Positions 53,401-64,000 of a stretch of 64,000 nucleotides of DNA are shown here, in pieces. Source of the stretch: Catajapyx aquilonaris (Eukaryota); NCBI GenBank assembly GCA_000934665.2, contig KZ538120.1:1-64000 (forward strand), in the 5' to 3' direction. The notes under the pieces were generated by a model, which searched no databases, had not been told where the DNA came from, and was given only the letters and a program-made list of their open reading frames with translations. Each line of letters starts with the position of its first letter. The stretch's first letter is position 1. The position numbers and the translations under genes were made by a program.

Positions 53401-54470
53401 GCTGATTCAAACTAACAACTAGCCAAAGACAGCCCGTGTAAACCCAACTTAAATCTCGAATTTGGTAGCCATGATTGAGCCCATTTGTGCAGCTGAAAAG
53501 CGTCGGTTAGGATCCCAAAAGCAGCGTAAATCCTATGTTTGAGCCTGGCACACGGATCCTATGCCCAGCCTTCCCCTCATCTTAAGGCCTTTCCTAATGC
53601 ACCATAAAATGATGGCAAGAGGCTTCAAACCAGGATCCGGAGCCAGGATTGCCATGCAAATGAAGCCTTTACTCTTATCCGGCCTGGATCCATCAGAATC
53701 TTTTCCCGCCTGGAATAAATGAATTTTAACACTTGAGAAACTCGGGTCAGAAATGACCGCGCCAAGTACCGCTTCATATCTCTAGGGATGAAGAAAAAAA
53801 ATGGGTGACAGTTGATAGAAGCGTCTTGTGTTTTATAAGTAGGGGGTTCACAATGGCAGCTGTCATGCAAGCTTTCAAGAATTGGATTGGTGAAAAAATG
53901 TTGAGTTTGACAGGTTCTTCCGTGGGTGTCTAGAAAAGATGTGACATACACCTGACTGCTTTCAATTTCACTCGACTTAACACCGGTTGCGCCTCTTTTT
54001 GCACCAGTTTCATTAATCAACGGGACTAATTAATCACTTCAGCTAATTCTCTACCAGGAATCGAAAGGACAAACAGCAGGGAGGGGGGCCTCTGTGTATA
54101 ATTATTATCTGCAGCTAGTGTTAGGTTTCTGATGTGAACATGCATTGGCGGCAGATGACCGGTGGAGAGGGCCTTTTGTACGGGTTCATCAGTGCATAAA
54201 AATGGCCTCCATCCGATGTCACGAGATGAGGGTAATGGGAGAGGCGGAATGAAAGCAGCGCAGATGATGATGATGATAACCAGTTTTTATATGTCGCTCA
54301 CAAATATATACGCCGCATTATGCCCACCTTTTTTTTTCTCCCCCTCTTCTGGCGGCATAGATTAGAAGTGGAGGGTCACTCAACTGGTTCATAGCACTGG
54401 GATTAGATATTCATGTGAGCTCACAGCTTGGAATGCATTGCTATGGCTATTTCATGTCCACATTACCGTA

Positions 54471-54742
54471 CAGTGTTGGACATTAATCGCATCGTACTGC
54501 TAGCGACATTTTTCGATGCGGTAGACGTGCAAATAGAAGTGATGGAGCCGTGCGAATGAGAAGAGGTAGGCCTTAGGTGACGTCACCGGCTGGGGGGCAA
54601 TAGAGAAAAAGGCTTGTACCCAGCCGGTGACGTCACCCAAGGCCTACCATTTCTTATTCGCACGGCTCCATCGCTTCAATTTGCACGTCTGTCGCATCGG
54701 AAAATGTCGCTATCAGTATGACGCGATTAATGTCCAACACTG
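54471..54742. mobile_element. Foldback Tc1/mariner-type MITE
   Basis: TA|CAGTGTTGGACATTAATCGC ... GCGATTAATGTCCAACACTG|TA. Arms of about 125 bp are reverse complements with scattered mismatches around a spacer of about 23 nt. Confidence 0.9.
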
Positions 54743-57700
54743 TACAGGCTAACTGCTGCTTAATATTTCACGAACAGTACAATGCTGGACATTAATGGTG
54801 TCGTACTTGTGGCGTAAGTGCCAACAACAACCGGAGGCCTAAATTTCCGATTGTCGGCTGAAAGCCTACAGTACATCTGGGGATTGGGTTTTATAGTTTC
54901 GTAATGCCCTTACAAACAGGGGCTTGAATTTGGAATTGGGCCAGATTAGACGAGTGAGTTTCAGTTCTTTTCCCCTGCTGATTTATCCGGATCTTTCCCG
55001 ATCGAGCAGATACTGTATGATTTGGCACCGTCTCTTTTGTTCCTCATGGAACGTTCCGGTCACGTCCGTGCCTTAAATGCAAAAACCCGGTTAAAGCCAG
55101 TTGGAAATTACTGTTTCAAATTATGGGGACATTTCCCCTTGACTGATCTTCATGGAAAATTTGACAACATTATGGTGCCGCAGACAGCACGTGGCACGAA
55201 ATTCAATGGAAAGATTACCTCTTATTCCCCCTTCGGCAGCAGACGGAGCCTTCTTTATTTCGTATGTCCTCTGCATTTCGGACCCACTTTTCATCCTCCG
55301 ACGGCATAACTCAATACACGCAATGAGAACGTGTAGGCTTGTGAATGATAAGTAGAGCCCTTGCCAGCGAATGGTCTATATAGAGAGAGTCTAGAGCACG
55401 GGAATAAAAAGTGCTGGTTGTATGGGGGTTATAAAATGCGATGTGAGACTGCGGTACGAGTCTATTGAAGGACCTTCCATGTGTGAAAATTGTAATATTT
55501 TACTGTCAGTTTTCGCGCTTTGAAGACGTGCCAAGCGGAATTTGCCAGATGCACAGAGAGCGCAAGGGCCATATGTACAACATACCACTTCCCTTATATT
55601 TGAAGACGTGACATGCAAAACGATCACAAATTTTGATGAAATTTTATAACTATTACAGTCCTTTGATTCGCTCAGTATATATCCGATCTTCATTTGTGTG
55701 CAGTGCAGTAGTCCTGTCTGTGACACATGATGCGGATATTGCGTAGACGCCATGTCAACTTGCCTTTGTGGGACTTCCTTTGCAGTCCTGTTCAAGTTAA
55801 GAGCCACAGTTGGTTTCGAAACATTGAACCCACAAAAGGGGGTTGCGAAAGTAAACAGAAATAGACTGCGACTGCAAAAATGGGGCCAGTTGTACCGATT
55901 TTCTGCTCGTAAATATTTCTGAAGCAAGGGACGTTTCCAACTGAGCAGGATTAATTTTTGTAGTTACATTTAATTTATTAGATTTGACTTCAAAAGTGAA
56001 TATCAGGCGTTTGGGCATTTTAAGCTGCGAATTTGGATTGCGCCAAGTGGAATTGAGCAAAATCCTGGCTAGCAGACTAGAGTGAAATAAGGGAAAATGT
56101 GGGTGAATCCGGGCTTATAGGGTCGGTCTGAGCCGGACTCGAGCAGCAGTTTGGCAGCATCCCGAATCGATTTGTGCCGAGAGGACACTGACTTTGGTTG
56201 TCCCACCCTACCAACCCACCCCACAACCCGGATTCCCGGTGAGGTTTGTACGGGTGGATGGGGGAGAAAAAGCCTTCTTCTCATTCACACGCACGTTAAG
56301 GCGGGGCCCTGTGTACAATCAAGGCTTGTTAACTCCTCCTGGTGGATCCCAGGAATAATTATTCTGGTCCGCCGCCTTACCCAAGTGGACCCTGGGCTCT
56401 CCCCACCGTATGTGCAGCCACTACTACAGACGGTACATGTAATCCCCCAAGTGCCGAGAGCAGAGAGATGGGTTACTCAGCTGCAAATATGTGGAGCTGA
56501 GTGTTGCGTCAGAGTTGAACCAACTGCGTCTCGCCTTTGGCTCCGGTGTCAAGGGCGACAGAGACGTCGAGCATGAAGAGGAAGTTGTCTTACTGATTGT
56601 GTTATTCCAGTTGTGGAGTGGAGAACTGGATAGTATGTCTATAGGATCCAAAAAAAATATGTAAAAATATTCGAGTACATATGGCGATAAAAATGTTTAG
56701 AATATTTGTTGGCTTGTGGTTACAAAGGCGAGTAAAGGCCTTCATTCGCAGCAACACCCGATTTTATTTATTAATGGAACGGTAATTGATAGCCTGTGAT
56801 GTGTAATAGTGTATGTAGGGATTTTATTGATATATTGACAGGTGCTTGCAGCATATTTTGAATTCCTAATAATTCAATATTGTGTAGAGGCCTTTGATGC
56901 AATTAAAAGCAACGGTTTTGCATCATATCAGATATTAACTTGAAACGGATAAATATGTTTTCATTATGCACTATTTGAAACGCAACATGGATCCGGACAA
57001 AAATGATGAAAATGTAGAATAAAAAATGTACGACACGTGCCGTAATATATCGCTATTGTTTACTTTGCTAATTAATGCAGACAGCTCAGTCATCTCTTCG
57101 GCATGAAAGACACTGGAAGCAATTACGTCTACAATGAACGGGACCCTCGACCTCTATTGTACGGAAATGTTACAATTATCTGGTCCGGATCCTGGTTGCG
57201 TGACAAGTACCGAGCACTCTAGTATTTCCTTCAAAGAGTGCTTGAGATGCCAAATGTCGGCGGGAAAGGCAACAGATGTAAGCAGTTGTGGAATGACCCC
57301 ATGGGCGGTACCAACCCCCGCAACTTTAGTCATTGCACCAAAGATATACCAGAAGTGGAAGTATTCCCTAGAGCCGGAAACATGAAGTAAGAAGAAGAAA
57401 AACTTGGGACCAAAAAAAAAAGAGAGAAGGATATTGAACCAAAGTGCAGCTGCCAAGTCGCCTTCCGTTCATTCAATTTCCGTGTGGCGCTGCCAGAAGA
57501 AATCTAATTAACAGTGGGTGGGACTTAAGTTAGCGGGTCTCGGCGACGTCCTCCAGAGGACCCTTTCACCTTATAATATCGCCGAGGTGACACATGATAG
57601 ATGTCACGACACGAGATGGATTTCATATTTAAACGTGCCCTGGAACGTTCCAAGCGCTCTGCTTTCACATTTGTCCTTTAAAAAAAAACACTGAGCTTGA

Positions 57701-60104
57701 TGTGAAGTTGGAAAACTAATGCAATCGGCGATACGAATGGAAGCTTACTTATGAAACATATGGATTTTCCTTTAATTTACATACACTCGACTTCCTCTAA
57801 AAGCATAATACTGAATTAATTGTAGATTTGTCGACGAGATTTTCGCTTGTGAATCACAGCTACTTGAGCGGAAGATCAGGCCATTGTTTACTTTGCATCA
57901 AAGTCACGAGCTTGGCGCTCATAATTTTAAACAACTTAATTATCAGGGGGTAAAATTCGTCTTCAGGGTTCAAAATAGCTTCCTGACTTGAAATCGATGC
58001 GAATAACGGCGAGTCGTAAATTCTGCGACAGACTTTCTTGCATAATTGACGTCATCGATTTCGAGAGGACAAGGAATCACTTCTTTTCTCGGGAAATGTC
58101 TTTTTGTCTTAACAAGCATTGAAACAGCATCTTCCCAGCTTTTAATTAGTTTGTCATCAGAATCGTACATTTGATTAACCTCCACTATTACTGAGGGGGG
58201 TGGAACTTGGATTAGAAGGTTGAAATGTTGACGAGAATAGTGTAATGAAATTGGTGTGTGCCGCAAGAAAACGTTTCTAGGCAGAGGATAGTAGAGTGAA
58301 TTGCATTAACTGAGGGGAGGGGGGGGGGTGCCTTGAAGCTCGTTTGAAACTCACTTCCACTAATTAATGAATTGATTAAATGGTTTCACCCAGAATGCTG
58401 CCCATTATTAGAGTGCTTCTCCCGCCATCCCGCTTCCATTTTGCAGCAAGTACACGTTGCACAGGTCACTGGCACTATTTTTTTTACACACTGCCCAACA
58501 CTCGGCCCAACATATACACGGACTCTAGGTGCAGGGTACAACAATGTCTGTGAATGTACGAGCAAAATATTACGTTCTTACGCTATTATGGGAAAGTGTC
58601 CGGAATAATATTATGCGCCATATTATTCAAATACAAATATTTTTAGTTAGTACGTGATAGAGTCCTTTGTGTTGGTGTATATGTGTGGCTTTGTGGTGAC
58701 CGTAGCATTACTGTCCTTTGTTGTGGTCGGGCAATGCGACAGGTACGGTACGTCGCATTGCCCGATGAGTATCAGTGAATGAAATAATTTAGTTCAACGA
58801 ACCAAAATGGTTCATTTAGTAGTAGCTTCTAATTTATGGCTATGTACGTAGCTGCTACTTTAGCTCCTAATGGTGACTGATGGTCCGTTCGGTCGACAGG
58901 TGTCGGCAAATCCGTCTGCATGTCCGGTCCTCTGGTGGGACATAAAGGTGGGGGGTCTCTGGCCCTCGTGGGGGTGAAAGAGCAAGCAAAGCGTGCGGTA
59001 GTGTCCTCTTGAAAGCCTCCCCAAAATGGCCCCGTCATGATCCCGGGGATTTGGGAACTCAAACGGCGCCGTAATCCGGGAGCAAAGTGCGGGGCTTTTG
59101 GTCATGCAATCTTGGCGGGGGCAAATATGTGCCACCAACTGCTTTGCCACACACACACCCTTTTCCTTCTCCTCTATAAACCTATTCTGCATCCTTAGCA
59201 GTTATGTTAGGATCCCTTAAAAGCCCGGCACTAATCGCGCCTTAGTTCCGCACTGACTCCACCGCAATCACTTAGAGCAATTTGGACCGGATTGCATCTC
59301 TCTGTTAGTTGCACTCCGGTCGTGCGCTTTATGTGCGATTGCTCAACCAATGATCACTCACAATTAGCATAGAAGGGGTGGTTCCAAAGGGCCAAAAGGG
59401 TCCGTTAAACACATCGACTGAGCGCCAAATGAAAAACGGCGGCTCCAAAAACCCCAAATTTCATTTAAAATGACAAGAGTTGGTATCAAAATTTGCTATA
59501 GAAAACTTTGAGATAAAATAATGGCAGCAATGGCGTTGAAACATGATTTTCGGGCAAGTTGTATACGGTTTGGGTCGTAAAAAAGGCTAACAGCTCTTAA
59601 GGAGCTATATCAAGTGCCATAATCTGATTGTAGCAAAGTTTTTTTTAGAGACGTATAATCCATACGTAAGAGCTTATCGCACCGAAATTATAAAGGGGGA
59701 GAGAACCCTGTGTTTTTCCGGTGCCCTCAATCCGGCCACATCCACAAGGCCCAAAGCAGGGAGAATTAAGGCTTGAAAAAACGAGTTCCGGACTTTTATA
59801 GAGCCAAGCCCCGGAAAAGTTTTACCCCCCCCCCCCCCCAGACTATATAATAAAAGAGCAAGAGAGCGCGTTGGAGACAAGTGCGGCGGAACATGCCAAG
59901 TCTGGCCAGCAAAACTGCTTGGGAACCAATTCATCATGGCGTTTGCTCCGGAATTACAGCGCATGTTCTTGCATTCAGAAGGCGACTATACTGGCCTGTT
60001 GAAAGATGGTCCCATTTGGATGAGAAATATTTTTTTATTAAATAAGAGAAATGTTCGCATATGTCATTTTGTTCGGAATTTTGCCACTTGCAACCTAATG
60101 TGTA

Positions 60105-60253
60105 AACCTAACATAATCTAACCTAACCCAACCCAACCTAAGGTATAAACCTTTTTTGTGTTGGGTTGGGTTAGATTAGGTTAGGTTATGTTGGGCTACT
60201 TAACCTAACCTAATCTAACCTAACCCGACCTAACCTAACCTAATCTAACCTAA
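60105..60253. repeat. Degenerate (CCTAA)n/(TTAGG)n tracts in alternating orientation
   Basis: CCTAA tract, then TTAGG tract, then CCTAA tract. A short CCTAA run also occurs at 39619-39645. Confidence 0.8.
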
Positions 60254-63200
60254 ATTTTACTGTAATTTGCCTGAATTTGGAGGTATTGGCAATGGAAAGA
60301 GTGTCATATGACGTCACACTTTCTTGGCAAGATGGGAAGGGAAGAACTTTTTTTTTCCGTCTCCCATGAGTCGCGTTCACATTAGACGCCTTATTGATTT
60401 CGGCCTCGGATACTGCTGGAGAAACCAGACTCAGGAGGGAGGGAAAAGGCACCTTCTCTAGAAAATGTTTCATCTGTTGATGCAGCGGATACTGCTGGAG
60501 GAGGGTAATCGCGCTTAAATTGCAACAGTGCCTCACATTATTGGAGTTTACGAGCCATCAACATGACGGAGAATCACTGTCACTTTTGAACGCATTTGAG
60601 GCGGCGCATAACCGTCGAGAAAAGCACTGCTTCAATCTTCTTTCTCCCTCCCCCCCCAAAAAGGAGGAAAGGAGAAGCAACATCCTTCCTTCCTTCCCTG
60701 GGTGTTTCCCTCCCCCTCGAGCCAAACTTCCCTTTTTCCCTTGCACAAATTTATGCTCGAGATTGAAAAAGTTTGGCCCTCGCAGCTGTCTAGTCCTGTG
60801 CCGTGTCGCCTTATAGGAACGACAGATAAAGGGCACAAAAAGAGGGAGGGGGAAGGAGCAGAAGGGGGAAGAAAAAGGCACACACAATCTTCTGTTTTTC
60901 GCTCATTATTGCCAACACTTCTTATTATTAGATGTCTCGGAATTCATCGAGGTCCAATCTGTTCAATGGATCTTTGAAGTTGCAGCCCTTTGACCACAGG
61001 TCTGCTTTTGTGCCAAAATCAGATACGCAGGTTGGGTAAGGAAAAGGGGGGATGTGATGAGATGGTTTTTCCTCCTTTTCCTCTGGACGGAATCGACAAC
61101 TGAAGAAACCACGACCGGCTGTTTGGTTTCCACTTTGCCGGATTCCTGGGTCGATCTCATGCCCCGAGAAACGTGATGGGTGCGCTTATTTCGTCTGGTG
61201 GACCAAGATGAACTTTGATGGAAGTGTACAATTTGAATCACATGGCTATTGTTTACTATGGGCGCAACACCTACGTTCAATGCACCGCAACACGCTGCAA
61301 GGCACAGATGTGTGATACCCCCTTGTCCTCCAGGCACTTCCTGAAATAAATCCCATGTAACAATAGTTTGTAACTCGGGCAGTGTTTCCATCGATCGGCA
61401 GCAGGGGGCGCGCAGGCTTATTATTCTTAGGGCGCTCATCCCTGCCAATAAAGCTGGGGTTTCATCCTGCAAGGCAAACTGTTAGGAGAAGAGGAACACC
61501 TTGGGAGGAATCTGCTGGCATGAATATTCATGTTGCAGGAAGAATGAAAAGAAAGAAAAAAATGAGATGGAAGGAGGAAGAAGTTTTGGACGACCCTTGC
61601 TCCGCCCACTTCCAAATTGACGCCATTAAATTCCACAGTAAGGCTGTTGGCTCCCCCAAATAAATAGTCTCCGGGCCAATTAGCATAACTAAAAGACATG
61701 GCGAGGTTTCGTTGAGGTCGCTTTGCTGCTTGGGGGGAGAAAATTGAAGGGGGTGGGGGGGAAAAGCCTGAAATGTCTCGGTTTTGGGTTTAGAACTGGC
61801 TCCACTGAAGCTTTGGATGGGAGGGGGGGGGGGGATGGAGGAAAAGCTTTTCGCACACATCCGAATGGAATTCCATTCCTTTCAATAGAATCAGAGAGTG
61901 CGGCTTACCACTCCTTCGTAAAGCCGCATTTTGTGGCTGTCATGCTGTAATCCGAGATCCTCTTTCTTTGCTTCTTGCCAACTCATTATTTCATACTTTT
62001 CCTCCCCATTTCGCGAACACGTTACTAGCCCATATAACTTAACAAATTGCCATCATTCGAGACAAAGGCCAGAGTTGACTTCCCTTACACAAATGATCGT
62101 CGTTAATAATGGATGTTGATTAAGTGCTATAAAAAATTCAGGTTTCTTCTCACCTCTTTCTACAGCTGTTGAAGCTCCATTACTGGCATTAGATGGGCAT
62201 CAGACGGATGAAGATGGTGTTATGTCACGAGATGTTGGTCGGATGCAGATGGGCTGATAAAGTTTCCCAATACACATAAAGTTTTGGGGGTAATTGGGTT
62301 GGAGGAAGAGATTTCCAACTGATGAGAACTAGGCTAACTCGCTGGGTTTGTGGGGACCTTTAGTAGCTAATGCAAAGCTTATTTCCACATGGATGCCTAG
62401 AGTAATTGGGACACTTTAGAGGAAGTTGTTTCATGGCCAACTTTACGCCTGTAGGTTATACCTCACGTTGTACAAGAGTGAGGTTGTGTACAAGTCAGGA
62501 TAGAAACATCGGACTGTCCCGTGTCCGAACCGTTACCAAAACTGCAGGAGAATTTGGCCCGTCATCCGAAAACGTGATGCAAGACTTTTGCTTCGTCATG
62601 ACCTTTCCGAACGAGACACGGAGGGCTGTTCCCCCCCTCCCCCCTCCCCCCCGATATTGACCGCACGTGTTGTTTCAACCAAGGTTGGCGTATCGCATTA
62701 AGTGGGAACGAGTGGATTAATTGGTCATCACGTGGCACAGATTAGCCCTTCCAATCCCATCCATAGCTGGCATTAATGGTCGCGTCCACAGCCCGAAATT
62801 TTTTGGGGGTGGTGTTACGTCCCCGAAGCGGTAAACTGGTTCCGATGACATGTAATGCAGGCATGTTGACGATGCAAAATACACCCCAATCCCTCGCTTT
62901 TATATAACCCTGATGTCAAGCCTATATAGGATGGGTACGCCAGTAGGGTCTGACTTTGATGCATCGTGTGCATGTGCAACACATATTTTCAGTAGGACCT
63001 GTCCGAATTCACTCCCAGGATCGTTTGTGTGCGCAGAAACATGCGGTCGGGGGGGACCCATTTTTCAGAAGCAGTTTTAGGCCATTTGCAGACGAGTAAA
63101 AGGAACCTGGAATTCAACCAAGAGCACATGAATTCAAATAAATATATTTATTGCATTGCTACCATGTGGAAAATTTTCCAACAGCACTTAAACTGGAGGG

Positions 63201-64000
63201 ACAAATAAATTGGGTTACATGTACCAATTGCGCTCACATTCCTGTCTCAACAAGCAAGTCCGGTTTAAGTTTACCACACCCTATCGTACAGTTTTCTAGA
63301 TTTTTCCTGGCCAGTAGAAACTTTACGAAACTTTCTGGTGACACTTTTTTTTGGCTTCGTTTCTCTCTCCTCACTCTTTTATTCAGGGAAGTGTCACATT
63401 CAACACTTGGTGCGGTCGCGCTGAGCATTAGGTCTCGTTGTACCCTGAGGCCTATTTCTGTACCTAGAAAATCGAGGATGGAAACTATGGAAACAAGCAG
63501 CCTCCACACCAAAAAAAAACTACTACTGCTGCTGCCTGTTTTTGGCTCCGCCCAGCCTCACCTTGACAACGTGCCGTCCTCTGGACCAATCAGAAAGCGA
63601 GCCAGGTGATCGATTGTGTGTCCCCAACACCCACCACTTCCGCCCACTCACTAAAATCCTCCGGCAGCAGTGTCGCCACGTTTTTGGCCCCATTTTATCT
63701 CATCCCACCCACCCACCCACTACAGCTATTACCACATGGAAAAAAATAACACCCTCAACACCGCTTTGTTGCTGGTTGTTGGGTTATTTATTAGAGTACA
63801 GAGAGGGTTGGGGGGGGGGGGGGTAGCCCCCAATTTTTTAATTTTGCGCCGGTATGCTATTAGGCTTAATTGGCATAACCCCCTGATGGGGGGGGGGGGG
63901 GGGATGGGGATTGTTACAGCACGTGATGCGGGGCGTGGATGTGAAAAATTGCGGCCATATTGATAATTAGCCGAAGTGTGACGTGGCGAGCACCGATTGG

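Noticed and set aside
55391..63963. ORFs of 140-180 aa (55391-55927, 56151-56576, 60963-61472, 63151-63609)
   Set aside because: No recognisable motifs, transposase or RT signatures, or coherent splice structure.

Overview
This is eukaryotic genomic DNA, most likely from an arthropod (TTAGG-type repeats, insect-like GAPDH, 55-72 nt minimal introns). I see no prokaryotic system, CRISPR array or RNA-gene cluster. (1) A complete GAPDH gene lies on the minus strand: 3 coding exons, 499-2549, 333 aa, with a probable non-coding first exon and promoter near 3.9-4.15 kb. (2) Divergent from it is a complete PDZ-PH-RhoGAP gene of the ARHGAP21/ARHGAP23 (Drosophila RhoGAP19D) family on the plus strand. 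I assembled it by hand from 18 phase-consistent GT-AG coding exons (7526-37674, about 1764 aa), with several candidate alternative exons. (3) A third plus-strand gene starts with a signal-peptide exon at 41996-42074, followed by apparently intronic sequence to the window end. Non-coding DNA holds many short non-autonomous DNA transposons (TA-flanked foldback MITEs, a hAT MITE with a perfect 8-bp TSD, a probable Helitron), minisatellites, inverted TTAGG tracts and one N gap. The most interesting observations are CRE (TGACGTCA)-loaded palindromic MITEs, a nested MITE pair, and GKAP-like RxxSYxxA motifs plus a C-terminal ESQV in the RhoGAP. All calls were made by eye without database searches.
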